Below are positions 1-9,801 of a stretch of 64,000 nucleotides of DNA, piece after piece. The notes below the pieces were generated by a model. That model made no database searches, was not told the origin of the DNA, and saw only the letters and a program-made list of their open reading frames with translations. The DNA lies in contig JAUYSY010000029.1 in NCBI GenBank assembly GCA_030696155.1, positions 71,985 to 135,984 on the forward strand, written 5' to 3'. Source of the stretch: Alphaproteobacteria bacterium (GTDB lineage Bacteria; Pseudomonadota; Alphaproteobacteria; JAUXUR01). A program made the translations under genes and the position numbers. Within the stretch, counting starts at the first letter, position 1. Every line of letters starts with the position of its first letter.

Positions 1-4
1 ATCA

Positions 5-168
5 TATACCCAAATAATCTGAAACTACCATTTTTAGTCGATGATCTTTGGCTGCTTTTTGAACCAAAAATTCCTAAGGTAAAACAATTATCTGTCATAA
101 TTTTTGGCATCAAAAATCATCTCAAATCTCATGCCTAAAAATCTGCATTTCCAAACCATTTGGGTATA
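5..168. mobile_element. MITE-like dispersed repeat, copy 1 (164 bp; TIR TATACCCAAAT/ATTTGGGTATA)
   Basis: Perfect 11-bp terminal inverted repeat with TA ends; colinear diverged second copy at 19448-19612. Confidence 0.7.
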
Positions 169-196
169 GCTTCCTTAAATAAGTTTCTTTTTTGTT

Positions 197-1975
197 TTAA
201 AAAGCAGCATCTTCCAATGAAAACTGAACGCCACCGCGAAAATTGTCAATCTTCAATTGGCCTGCAATGTGACATTCTTTACCAAAGGCATCTTTTAAAT
301 TGCGGCCTAAACTTGTATCGGCCGCTTTAAAAGCAATTGCATTTAAGAAATGCTCTTTTCCAAATTTTTCCTGCTTAAAAAGAAGTCGTAATGTGTTTTT
401 TGCTAATTGATCAATTTTAACCAAACGCATTTTAGGAATCACCAAACGTGGTGATGGGTTGCCTGATCCAAAGGGGCCTAGTTTTTCTAAATGTTTCACA
501 AGATCAGGCGTAAGGGCTTCTGTTAACAAAGTTGCATCAATTTCAAGTGGCGGATTATAAGGCGGATAAGGATATTTTTCCTTCATGAAAGCCTTAAATC
601 TTGGAATTTGAGCTTCCTCAATGCTTAGACCTGCTGCCATATCATGTCCACCGCCTTCCAAGATGATACCTGTCTGCTTGGCAGCAATAATATATTTGCC
701 CATTTCAAAGCCATAGACCGATCTACCTGAACCTTTGCCGATGCCCTCGTTAATGGCAATGATAATGGTGGGTCGATGGTAACGATCTTTAAGACGACTT
801 GCTACAATACCAATAATACCTGGATGCCAATCATGATTGGCCACAATAAGAGGCCCAATTTCATCGCTTTCGCTTTCAGCAAGCAACATGGCCGTTTCAA
901 CCATGCTTAATTCCATTTCTTGACGCTCTTTATTTAAAGAATCAAGATGTTGGGCAATTGATTGTGCCAGTGCCGGTTGATCCGTTGTTAGCAATTGAAC
1001 ACCAAGATCTGATTGACCAATACGACCGCCGGCATTAATACGAGGGCCCAACAAAAATCCTAAATGGTAAGCGCTTAAACTTTCAGATAATTTTGCAACA
1101 TCCGCTAAAATAGAAAGACCTAAATTTTGCCTTTTGCCCATGACTTTCAAGCCTTGGGACACAAAAGCACGATTTAAATCTTTTAATTTCATCACATCGC
1201 ACACAGTACCCAACGCAACAAGATCAAGCAGGCTTAAAAGATCAGGCTCAGAACGCGTTGCAAAAAAGCCTTTTAGTCGTAATTGACGATTGAGCGCAAT
1301 TAAAAATAGATAAGTTACACCAACAGCTGCTAGATTTTTGTGAGGCGAATCATCATCAAGCCTATTAGGATTAACAATCGCATATGCCTGGGGTAAAGAA
1401 GGTTCTGCTACATGGTGATCTAAAACAATAATATCGATTTTGTTGTCAAAAGCGTAGGCGATGGGTTCATAAGAAAGTGTGCCACAATCAAGAGTTAAGA
1501 TGAGTGTTGCACCTTGTGTGCGTAAGGATTTAAAGGCATTGATGTTGGGACCATAGCCTTCTTTAATGCGATCAGGAATATGACATAATATATTGATGTT
1601 TATGGCTTTAAAAAAGCGCATAAGAAGCGCTGATGAAGTTGCGCCATCGACATCATAATCGCCTAAAACTGCAATTTGTTCCTGATTTTCAATCGCTTTG
1701 ATGATACGCAAAACGGCTTTTTCCATATCCTGTAAATGATAGGGATCTGGTAAAAAATGACGCAAGGTTGGATTCAGAAAATGAGGGATGTGCTCAAACG
1801 CAATTTGTCTAGAGGCTAAAATATCACCTAAAATCGGTGGTAATCCATAGCTTTGCGTGATGGCCAGCGATAAACGTTCGTTTGATTCATTGCCAACCCA
1901 TTTGCGCCCTGAAAAGGAAGATTCAACCCCTAAAAAAGGGGTCTCAAGATCATGTTTGCGCGCGGGTAAGTTCAT
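197..1975 (-). CDS. recJ: Single-stranded-DNA-specific exonuclease RecJ
   Basis: DHH-family motifs GDYDVDG, LDCG, DHH, DLVALGTVCD, GPRINAGGRIG, GGGHDMAAG. Confidence 0.95.
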   Translation of the reverse strand: MNLPARKHDLETPFLGVESSFSGRKWVGNESNERLSLAITQSYGLPPILGDILASRQIAFEHIPHFLNPTLRHFLPDPYHLQDMEKAVLRIIKAIENQEQIAVLGDYDVDGATSSALLMRFFKAININILCHIPDRIKEGYGPNINAFKSLRTQGATLILTLDCGTLSYEPIAYAFDNKIDIIVLDHHVAEPSLPQAYAIVNPNRLDDDSPHKNLAAVGVTYLFLIALNRQLRLKGFFATRSEPDLLSLLDLVALGTVCDVMKLKDLNRAFVSQGLKVMGKRQNLGLSILADVAKLSESLSAYHLGFLLGPRINAGGRIGQSDLGVQLLTTDQPALAQSIAQHLDSLNKERQEMELSMVETAMLLAESESDEIGPLIVANHDWHPGIIGIVASRLKDRYHRPTIIIAINEGIGKGSGRSVYGFEMGKYIIAAKQTGIILEGGGHDMAAGLSIEEAQIPRFKAFMKEKYPYPPYNPPLEIDATLLTEALTPDLVKHLEKLGPFGSGNPSPRLVIPKMRLVKIDQLAKNTLRLLFKQEKFGKEHFLNAIAFKAADTSLGRNLKDAFGKECHIAGQLKIDNFRGGVQFSLEDAAF

Positions 1976-1986
1976 GCTTTTCTTCT

Positions 1987-2088
1987 TTCAAATTGTGGAG
2001 GGCGTCAGATTTCGGGATTCAGCATGCTCATGTATGAAGAGATACACTCCGCGTGTCTTACCACTCATCTTCCTACCCACATTTTGAA
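1987..2088. repeat. Short palindromic intergenic element
   Basis: Ends ttcaaattgtgg / ccacattttgaa; central ctcatgta..tacactccg core shared with the RPE-like family at 14808, 40460, 41500. Confidence 0.5.
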
Positions 2089-2093
2089 ATAAT

Positions 2094-3059
2094 TTAAGCA
2101 TATTTTGTATAATTACTTTTTATGGTGTAGGTTGCTTTTGCAAAAGAATGCAATACTAAACTATGTACTTCTTGAATACCATTGTTAATTGAAACCCCTT
2201 TTAATAAAGATCCATTGGTGACACCACTGGCAATAAATAACACATCGCCTTTAGCCAAATCAGATTCTTTATAAATATGATTTAAATCTTTAAGGCCTAA
2301 TTTAAAAGCGCGTTGTTTTTCATCTTCATTATCAAATAAAAGTTGTGCCTGCATTTGTCCGCCTAAAGTGGCTAAGGATGCCGCTGCTAAAACGCCTTCA
2401 GGCGCGCCGCCAGATCCCAAATACAGATCCACCCCTCCATTAGGTAAGCAGGTTGCCATGATGGCTGCAACATCCCCATCATTAATAAGTGTTAATCTTG
2501 CACCTGTTTCGCGAATTTTAGCAATCAGTTCCTGATGTCTTGGACGCTCCAGCACACAAATTGTTAAATCCTCAACATTTTTTTTCACGGCTTTCGCGAG
2601 TTCTTTAATGTTTTTTTGAGGACTTGCCGTAATATCAATCAAATCTTTCGGTAAATTTGGACCAATGGCGATTTTTTCCATATAAACATCTGGTGCTTCA
2701 AGTAAATTACCCCGTTCAGCAAGCGCCATAACGGATATTGCGTTGGGGTGATTTTTAGCTGTTAATGTCGTGCCTTCAAGAGGATCGACTGCAATATCAA
2801 TTTCGGGCCCCTGATGCATCCCCACTTTTTCACCAATATAAAGCATTGGCGCTTTATCACGTTCGCCTTCACCAATAACAATTTTACCTTGAATGGGAAG
2901 AGTATCAAATGCTTTACGCATCGCATCAACGGCTGCTTGATCCGCTTTTTTTTCGTCGCCTCGACCAATATAAAAGTAAGAAGCAATGGCAGCGGCTTCC
3001 GTTACTTTAAGTGCCTGATGTAATAAAGGGTCAAAAATTGACTGGTGGAATTGCGACAT
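2094..3059 (-). CDS. glpX: Class II fructose-1,6-bisphosphatase GlpX (likely start MSQF at 3059)
   Basis: TEAAA, ADQAAVDAMR, VIGEGERDKAPMLYIGE, AVDPLEGT, GGAPEGVLAA motifs; the K/Q-rich extension of the longer ORF overlaps the upstream gene. Confidence 0.93.
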   Translation of the reverse strand: MSQFHQSIFDPLLHQALKVTEAAAIASYFYIGRGDEKKADQAAVDAMRKAFDTLPIQGKIVIGEGERDKAPMLYIGEKVGMHQGPEIDIAVDPLEGTTLTAKNHPNAISVMALAERGNLLEAPDVYMEKIAIGPNLPKDLIDITASPQKNIKELAKAVKKNVEDLTICVLERPRHQELIAKIRETGARLTLINDGDVAAIMATCLPNGGVDLYLGSGGAPEGVLAAASLATLGGQMQAQLLFDNEDEKQRAFKLGLKDLNHIYKESDLAKGDVLFIASGVTNGSLLKGVSINNGIQEVHSLVLHSFAKATYTIKSNYTKYA

Positions 3060-3324
3060 GTGTTTCCTCTGGGAATTGTTCTGTTGTAAGCTGTTCTGCT
3101 GCATTTTGTGTTTCTCTCCTTTTTTCTTCTTCGTGTTTTGCTTCTGCTTTGTGCCAATCATTTTGTAGATTGTCTTTTAAGGTATTTTGACTATGCGGCG
3201 TTAATCGAATAATTGGTTTTTGGGGAACAGTAGAAAGATTGGGGTAAGGAAGATCGCCTGATGAACAAGCGCACAAAGATAAAATATAAACGAATGATAA
3301 AACGTAACGGTATTGAATTTTCAT
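3031..3324 (-). CDS. Hypothetical lipoprotein
   Basis: Basic N-terminus, hydrophobic stretch and lipobox-like LCAC-SSG. Confidence 0.5.
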   Translation of the reverse strand: MKIQYRYVLSFVYILSLCACSSGDLPYPNLSTVPQKPIIRLTPHSQNTLKDNLQNDWHKAEAKHEEEKRRETQNAAEQLTTEQFPEETHVAIPPVNF

Positions 3325-3419
3325 ATAAAAATAAACCTTATGTAAAGTTGAGAAAATGCCAAAAAATTGCTACACTCACTTTAAACCATCTTATAATAAC
3401 ATGAAAAGGGATAAGTGCC

Positions 3420-5222
3420 ATGACCACCCAAAAAGATTTTTTTTCTAAGCAAGAATCAATAAGTACTGATTCATCCCCGTGGTCCTCCTTTTTTACGCGT
3501 ATAGCAGAGCAAACGCAACTAGCGTTTAAAGCTTACCAAGAAGCGACGTCGCAAATAACATTTGACGATCCTTTGAATGTGAGACCCGCTTTTTTAGAAT
3601 TTTCACAAAAGGCTTTTTCAAACCCTGAATATCTTTTTGAAGCACAAAAAGAGCTTGTTGAAACACAATGGAATCTTTGGCAAAAATCTGTCCTTAAATT
3701 TTTTGGTGATAAACCAGAAGGTGGGCAAGAGCAATCCCAAAATCAAGACAAACGTTTTAAAGATCCTGCATGGTCTGAAAATAATATTTTTAATTTCATT
3801 AAAGAATCTTATTTTATTACATCTGAATGGTTACAAAATTCTGTTAATAACATGGATGGCATTGATCCATCCACCAAGAAAAAAGTTGACTTTTACACCC
3901 GTCAATTTGTAGACGCGATTGCGCCTACTAATTTTTTTGCGACCAATCCTGAAGTGTTACGTGAAACCATTAAAACAAATGGGATGAACATCATTAAAGG
4001 GATGGAAAATCTTGTTAAAGACTTTGAACGTGGCAATGGTAAATTGCGTATTAAAACGGTTGATCACGATCATTTTCAAATCGGTAAAAACATTGCATCA
4101 ACCCCAGGTAAAGTTATCTTTCAAACAGATTTGATGCAGCTTATTCAATATTCACCCAAAACAGAAAAAGTTGATCAAATCCCATTATTGGTTGTGCCAC
4201 CATGGATCAATAAATTTTATATCTTTGATCTATCGGATAAAAAATCATTCATTAAATGGGCGCTTGATCATGGCAAAACTGTTTTTATTGTTTCGTGGGT
4301 GAATCCTGACGATAAATTATCCCATAAAACGTTTAATTCTTACATGCAAGAAGGCATTATTGCAGCGATCGAAGCCATTATCAAGCAAACTGGCGAACCA
4401 CAAATTAACGTGGTTGGTTATTGCATTGGTGGCACCTTACTTGCCGCAACAATTGCTTATTTGACTGAAAAAAAACGAGATCTTATTAAATCAGCAACAT
4501 TCTTAACAACGCTTACTGATTTTACAGATGCAGGCGATATGAGTGTCTTTATTGATGACAAACAATTAGATCGACTCAGCAAACGTATTAATAAACAAGG
4601 CTTCTTGGATGCAGAAGCATTGAATAGAACCTATTCTATTTTACGTGCCAATGATATGATTTGGTCTTTTGTAATTAATAATTACATGCTTGGCCGCGAA
4701 CCTTTCCCATTCGATCTTCTTTATTGGAATGATGATTCAACCCATATGCCTGCAGAAATGATGACTTTTTTCTTACGTAGTATGTATAAAGAAAATTTGT
4801 TAGCAAAACCCGGTGGCATAAAATTAGATGGCGTTTCGATTGATTTAAGAGATGTTAAAATCCCTGTTTATCTTTTATCGGCGAAAGAAGATCATATTGC
4901 GCCTTGGCAAACTTGTTATACAGGCACACAGCTTTTCAAAGGTGATACACGTTTTGTGTTGGCTGCTTCCGGTCATGTAGCTGGTATGTTAAATCATCCA
5001 TCGTTGAATAAATATTGCTATTGGACAAATGAAAAATTACCAAGCAATTCAATGCAATGGTTTAAAGACGCTAAACAGGAGCAAGGTTCCTGGTGGAATG
5101 ATTGGTTAAGTTGGATTAGCAAACATGGTGGCAAACAAATTCCAGCGCTTGATCCTTCAAAAGGTAAATTAAAACCTATAGAAGATGCACCTGGTTCTTA
5201 TGTGCAGGTGAAAATGTACTAA
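3420..5222 (+). CDS. phaC: Class I poly(3-hydroxyalkanoate) synthase
   Basis: DKRFKDPAW, PPWINKFYIFDL, lipase box GYCIGG, EDHIAPW, ASGHVAG, DAPGSYV. Confidence 0.95.
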   Translation: MTTQKDFFSKQESISTDSSPWSSFFTRIAEQTQLAFKAYQEATSQITFDDPLNVRPAFLEFSQKAFSNPEYLFEAQKELVETQWNLWQKSVLKFFGDKPEGGQEQSQNQDKRFKDPAWSENNIFNFIKESYFITSEWLQNSVNNMDGIDPSTKKKVDFYTRQFVDAIAPTNFFATNPEVLRETIKTNGMNIIKGMENLVKDFERGNGKLRIKTVDHDHFQIGKNIASTPGKVIFQTDLMQLIQYSPKTEKVDQIPLLVVPPWINKFYIFDLSDKKSFIKWALDHGKTVFIVSWVNPDDKLSHKTFNSYMQEGIIAAIEAIIKQTGEPQINVVGYCIGGTLLAATIAYLTEKKRDLIKSATFLTTLTDFTDAGDMSVFIDDKQLDRLSKRINKQGFLDAEALNRTYSILRANDMIWSFVINNYMLGREPFPFDLLYWNDDSTHMPAEMMTFFLRSMYKENLLAKPGGIKLDGVSIDLRDVKIPVYLLSAKEDHIAPWQTCYTGTQLFKGDTRFVLAASGHVAGMLNHPSLNKYCYWTNEKLPSNSMQWFKDAKQEQGSWWNDWLSWISKHGGKQIPALDPSKGKLKPIEDAPGSYVQVKMY

Positions 5223-5250
5223 ATATAATTATTCGAAAGAATTCTATCCT

Positions 5251-5371
5251 CTTCCTACATCCCGCGACTTGATCGCGGGATCCAGACGATCTTCCCTAAA
5301 GTTAACATTGTATAAATTGGACAATGACATCTTCTTTATTTACTTTCTGGATCCCGCGGACAAGCCGCGGG
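5251..5371. repeat. REP/RPE-like double-hairpin element (family R: cctacgtcccgcgacttgatcgcgggatccag...ctggatcccgcggacaagccgcggg)
   Basis: Two GC-rich hairpins in inverted arrangement; 119/121 identical to 38445-38565. Confidence 0.85.
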
Positions 5372-5721
5372 CATATCATTACCCATAAGTATGGCAACTC
5401 GTAGTTCTCAACGTCCACCCCAGCTGTTTCCCTGGATCAATGAGAGCCCAAAGGGCTCGAATGTGGATCCAGGGTCCAGAAATAATTATGATCGAAGATC
5501 ATACTAAATGTTTAAAAAACAAAGACATGCTCTTACGAGCATGCATTTTAATCTGGACCCTGGATTCTACTCGAAGCTTTGCTTCTCGCCTGTCCAGGGA
5601 AACAATGGGAGTAGAGAAAATTTTGAACATAAATTTAAAAATTCTCCCATAAATTGAATCGAACTATCCGAAAATAAATAATAAATATCAATAACTTGAA
5701 ACACTTGTGGGTAATGATACG
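5372..5721. mobile_element. Non-autonomous insertion with TIR CATATCATTACCCATAAGTAT, flanked by direct GCCGCGGG
   Basis: Left end 5372-5392, inverted right end 5701-5721; 8-bp direct repeat at 5364-5371 and 5722-5729; IHF consensus at 5686-5698. Confidence 0.6.
5425..5604. repeat. Palindromic element (family S: tgtttccctgga...tccagggaaaca)
   Basis: 12-bp terminal IR and internal ggatccagggtccag/ctggaccctggatt IR; relative at 29855-30029. Confidence 0.75.
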
Positions 5722-5930
5722 GCCGCGGGACGTAGGAGGTGAGGTAGGCAATAATTATTAATTATCAATATGTTAGTATACTTATGGGTAATGATATGGC
5801 CGTGGGGCGTAGCAGGGGGTGTTGGGTAGTTATTAATAATGATCAAAATGTTTTAAAAGCCATAATCGGATAGGGCCTTTCATTTTTTTTAAATTCTCAG
5901 TAAGATATAGTGATTTATGAGGGGATAAAA

Positions 5931-7082
5931 ATGATGACGCCAAATCGTTATCTTAAACGTATGGTTCTTTTTTTAATTGCAATCACATGTTTAAGTCTTG
6001 TTTTTATTGGTTCTATTAAAAATTTTTTTATGGCCAATCCGCTTCTCAATGGCGCTATTCTTTCTTTGCTCATATTCGGTATATTTTATCAAATCAGACA
6101 AGTCCTACTTTTAAAACCAGAATATAATCTGATTGAAGCATTAAAGCGACATCACGATCATTTGCCTCAAAACAGTGCAAAATTACGTCTTTTGAATTCT
6201 TTGTTTTCTATGCTTCGCGCAGAAAAAGACCAAATCAAGCTTTCCCCACAATCCTTAAGAACAGTTCTTGATGGTGTTGCATCGCGTCTTGACGAAGATC
6301 GTGAAATCTCTCGTTATTTAACCCGCATCCTCATTTTCTTTGGTCTTTTAGGCACGTTTTGGGGATTACTAGAAACCATTCAATCAGTCGGTGGCGTGAT
6401 TAATGCACTTCCTTCTGGTGAGGCAAATTCTGCATTGTTATTTGGTGATCTTAAAAACCAATTAAAAGCACCTTTAGGGGGTATGGGCACAGGCTTTAGT
6501 TCTTCACTTTTTGGACTTACAGGCTCATTGGTTTTGGGATTTCTTGATCTGCAAGCAGGACAAGCACAAAATCAGTTTTATCGTCAATTGGAAGATTGGC
6601 TTTCGACGCAAACGAAACTTACAAGCAATAAAATGATGGGGGAGGGTGATTCTGTTCCAGCCTATTTATCAGCGCTTTTAGAAAAAACAGCTGATAGTTT
6701 AGATCATTTAACAAAATTATTAAGCCAAGATGATCATAATAAACGTATTGTTGATGCACGTCTTTTGACGTTAACAGAAAGATTAACGTTTCTTTCAGAT
6801 CAAATGCAGACTGAACAAACAGTTCTTTTAAGACTTGCAGAAGGTCAGAAAGATATTCGCCCTATTTTGAAAGCCTTAAGCGAACACCTTGGTAATCAGC
6901 AATCAGGTTTTGATGAGATCACCAAAAATCATATAAGAAGTCTCGATCTTGCATTGCAACATCTTGTACAAGACGCAAGCCGTGGACGTGATCAATTTGT
7001 GAGTGAAATAAAAGGAGAGATTAGACTTTTAGCGCGGACTATATCTCAAGTGCAAAATGATAAAAATAGGGCAGCATTATAA
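5931..7082 (+). CDS. MotA/TolQ/ExbB-family membrane protein with coiled-coil C-terminus
   Basis: TM segments, IFFGLLGTFWGL and GMGTGFSSSLFGL; paired with the downstream MotB-like gene; ATG at 5931 (the ORF track starts at GTG 5910). Confidence 0.75.
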   Translation: MMTPNRYLKRMVLFLIAITCLSLVFIGSIKNFFMANPLLNGAILSLLIFGIFYQIRQVLLLKPEYNLIEALKRHHDHLPQNSAKLRLLNSLFSMLRAEKDQIKLSPQSLRTVLDGVASRLDEDREISRYLTRILIFFGLLGTFWGLLETIQSVGGVINALPSGEANSALLFGDLKNQLKAPLGGMGTGFSSSLFGLTGSLVLGFLDLQAGQAQNQFYRQLEDWLSTQTKLTSNKMMGEGDSVPAYLSALLEKTADSLDHLTKLLSQDDHNKRIVDARLLTLTERLTFLSDQMQTEQTVLLRLAEGQKDIRPILKALSEHLGNQQSGFDEITKNHIRSLDLALQHLVQDASRGRDQFVSEIKGEIRLLARTISQVQNDKNRAAL

Positions 7083-7085
7083 ATC

Positions 7086-8147
7086 ATGGCTTTATATAGA
7101 TCTCGCGATAAAGAAAATAATGATATTTGGCCAGGATTTGTAGATGTTTTAACATCACTTTTGATGATTATTGTTTTTTTACTCACTTTCGTAATGATCG
7201 CTCAATATTTTTTATCACAAACAATTACAGGACAAAATACAGAGCTCGATGAATTCCGCTCTAAAATCAGTCAGTTAACTGATCTTTTAAATATGGAAAA
7301 AGTAGCGAGCGAAGATTTAACGCGACAACTTAAAAAAGCAAAATCAAATTTAACATCCGAATTAGATGAAAAAGATAAAGTTCTTTTGGAAAAGCAACAA
7401 GCTGATCTTAGAATTTCAAGCTATGATCAAGAAATAGATTTATTAAAACAAAAGCTTATCGATTTTGAGCAAGAAAAATTACAAACCTCTTCAACGCTTA
7501 CAGCACAACAACAAAAAGATGCTGAATTAATTGCTAGTCTAACACAACAAGTGACACACCTATCGACGGAACTCCAAAGAATTGTGCAAGCATTAGATCT
7601 TAAAGAAAAAGATACACAAGATAAAGAAACAATTATTAAAGATTTGGGTGAAAAATTAAATAAAGCCTTGCTACAAAAAGTTGAAGAACTTGAATCCGTT
7701 AGATCAGAATTTTTTGGCAAATTACAAAAAATTTTAAAAAATCAAAAGGATGTTTTAATTCAAGGAGATCGTTTTGTATTTCAGTCTGAAGTTTTATTTA
7801 CCTCAGCCTCCGCAATTTTAAATCCAGAAGGTGAAGAAGAATTAGCGCGATTGGCGAGCATTTTAAAAGAAGTCATGGATAAAATACCAACAAACATTCC
7901 ATGGATTTTACGCGTTGATGGGCATACAGATCGTTTAGCCTTACGATTTAATTTAGATTTTAAATCAAATTGGGAATTATCAACTGCACGTGCGCTTTCA
8001 GTTGTTCATTTTTTAATTAAACAAGGTATTGCCCCTGATAGATTAGCAGCGACGGGATTTGGTGAATATCATCCTCTAGATACAGAGCAAAATGATATTG
8101 CTTATCGTAAGAATAGACGTATTGAGTTTAAACTTACAAATCGTTGA
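7086..8147 (+). CDS. MotB/OmpA-family peptidoglycan-binding protein
   Basis: WPGFVDVLTSLLM TM with Asp, long coiled coil, C-terminal VDGHTD..NWELSTARA..RRIE OmpA-like domain. Confidence 0.8.
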   Translation: MALYRSRDKENNDIWPGFVDVLTSLLMIIVFLLTFVMIAQYFLSQTITGQNTELDEFRSKISQLTDLLNMEKVASEDLTRQLKKAKSNLTSELDEKDKVLLEKQQADLRISSYDQEIDLLKQKLIDFEQEKLQTSSTLTAQQQKDAELIASLTQQVTHLSTELQRIVQALDLKEKDTQDKETIIKDLGEKLNKALLQKVEELESVRSEFFGKLQKILKNQKDVLIQGDRFVFQSEVLFTSASAILNPEGEEELARLASILKEVMDKIPTNIPWILRVDGHTDRLALRFNLDFKSNWELSTARALSVVHFLIKQGIAPDRLAATGFGEYHPLDTEQNDIAYRKNRRIEFKLTNR

Positions 8148-8177
8148 GGAAATTTCTTAAAATCAATGTAAGAAAAT

Positions 8178-8206
8178 TTGACAAAAAACTAAGTTTAGTG
8201 TAAAAA
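8178..8206 (+). promoter_or_regulatory. Putative sigma70 promoter of rpsD
   Basis: TTGACA-N17-TAAAAA upstream of rpsD. Confidence 0.4.
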
Positions 8207-8258
8207 GGCATATCTCTTATCGTATGCGTGCGGCTGCACAAAATAGAGTAGGACTAAA

Positions 8259-8873
8259 ATGACTAAAAGAATTCAAGCAAAACATAAAATTGACCGTAGG
8301 TTAGGCATAAATCTTTGGGGCCGTCCAAAAAGCCCTATTAATATGCGTGCTTATCGTCCAGGTCAACACGGCCAACGTCGTACTAAGCCTTCTGATTATG
8401 GTGTTCAGCTTCATGCTAAACAAAAATTAAAAGGATATTACGCCAATATTACTGAACGTCAGTTCCGCAAAATTTATGCTGAAGCTGTTCGTTGTCGCGG
8501 TGATACGGGTGAAAACTTAGTTGGTCTTTTAGAACGTCGCTTAGATGCGGTGATTTATCGTATGAAAATTGTACCAACAATGCATGCGTCACGCCAATTC
8601 GTCAGCCACGGTCATATTTTAGTTAATGGAAGACGCGTTAATATTCCTTCATATCTCGTTAAAGAGGGTGATGAAATTTCAGTGCGCGAAAAAGCACGTG
8701 ATCTTGAATTAGTGCAATTAGCACTTAAATCAAGCGAACGTGATATTCCAGACTACATTACGATTGATGAAAAAGCTGTTAAAGGCACTTTCGTCCGCGT
8801 TCCTAAATTGTTGGATGTTCCTTATCCAGTTCAAATGGAACCACAACTCGTTATCGAGTTTTACTCACGTTAA
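8259..8873 (+). CDS. rpsD: 30S ribosomal protein S4
   Basis: [42 protein letters not shown]. Confidence 0.98.
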   Translation: MTKRIQAKHKIDRRLGINLWGRPKSPINMRAYRPGQHGQRRTKPSDYGVQLHAKQKLKGYYANITERQFRKIYAEAVRCRGDTGENLVGLLERRLDAVIYRMKIVPTMHASRQFVSHGHILVNGRRVNIPSYLVKEGDEISVREKARDLELVQLALKSSERDIPDYITIDEKAVKGTFVRVPKLLDVPYPVQMEPQLVIEFYSR

Positions 8874-8892
8874 TCTTTTTTAACGTTATAAG

Positions 8893-8928
8893 AATCCCTT
8901 CTTTTGGTAACGAAAGAGGGGATTTTTT
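8893..8928 (+). terminator. Intrinsic terminator after rpsD
   Basis: aatcccttcttt/gaaagaggggatt hairpin followed by a T run. Confidence 0.7.
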
Positions 8929-8969
8929 ATATTTACGATCATCTCATCAAATTGCGTTAAAGTAAAAAA

Positions 8970-9797
8970 ATGTTTAAAAATATAATAGCTGGAATAATGA
9001 TAATGTTTTTAACAAGTTGTAAAGAAAAAATTGTTAAAACAGAAATTTTAGAAATTTCTGATATTAATAAAGTTCAAGAAATATTCAAAAATGCAACTGC
9101 TGATTCTATCGTTTTATGTGATATTGATGATACAATTATTACACCTAAATCAAAAATGTTTCGATATAACAGTGAATTTAAAAATTTAATTGATGTTATT
9201 AAAAAAAACAGAGAAAATATACCGAATTTTAACACTATCATTGGCAATTGGCGTTTGAATCGCAAAGCAATGTTAGTTTCGCCTCTTTGGCCTTCTATAA
9301 TAGCAGATCTAAAAACAAAAAATATCCCCACTTATGCCCTGACACAATTGGACACAGGAAAAGTTGGTCCTATTGAAAGTATGGAGGAATGGCGTTATCA
9401 AGAGCTTAAAAATTTAGGTATTGAGTTTACAAACAAATTTAATGAAAAAGAAAACTACATTGTTATATCCTCTGATCAAGGCACATCACATGCTGTTTTT
9501 CACAAAGGATTTTTTTTAACAGGCTTGCATTTAAAAGATCAATTGGTAAAAGAAATTATTTCCGTTCAAAAACCTGATCATATTTATTTCATAGATGATC
9601 GAAAAGATCATGTAATTGCTGTTGAAGAAGTTGCAAAAGAATCTTCTATCCCTTACACAGGCATTGTTTATAAAGGCGTTGAATTGTTGGATGAGAAACC
9701 TCATGAATTGGTTGTAAATGAACAAAAAAAACAACTTCTTGAAAATGCTCAATGGCTAGAAGATGAAGAAGTTGAGCAAAAATTAAGCATAAATTAA
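8970..9797 (+). CDS. DUF2608-like HAD-fold lipoprotein
   Basis: Lipobox FLTSC; CDIDDT and FIDD HAD motifs. Confidence 0.65.
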   Translation: MFKNIIAGIMIMFLTSCKEKIVKTEILEISDINKVQEIFKNATADSIVLCDIDDTIITPKSKMFRYNSEFKNLIDVIKKNRENIPNFNTIIGNWRLNRKAMLVSPLWPSIIADLKTKNIPTYALTQLDTGKVGPIESMEEWRYQELKNLGIEFTNKFNEKENYIVISSDQGTSHAVFHKGFFLTGLHLKDQLVKEIISVQKPDHIYFIDDRKDHVIAVEEVAKESSIPYTGIVYKGVELLDEKPHELVVNEQKKQLLENAQWLEDEEVEQKLSIN

Positions 9798-9801
9798 TTA
9801 A

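Noticed and set aside
3060-3161. K/Q-rich N-terminal extension of GlpX
   Set aside because: It is an alternative frame of the overlapping upstream lipoprotein gene; GlpX similarity starts after Met at 3059
5440-5652. 70-aa ORF
   Set aside because: Lies mostly within the family S palindrome, with no RBS or recognisable protein features
5931-8147. Zorya (ZorAB) anti-phage system
   Set aside because: No ZorC/D/E-like neighbours; the pair sits among housekeeping genes like the common alphaproteobacterial MotA/MotB-like pair
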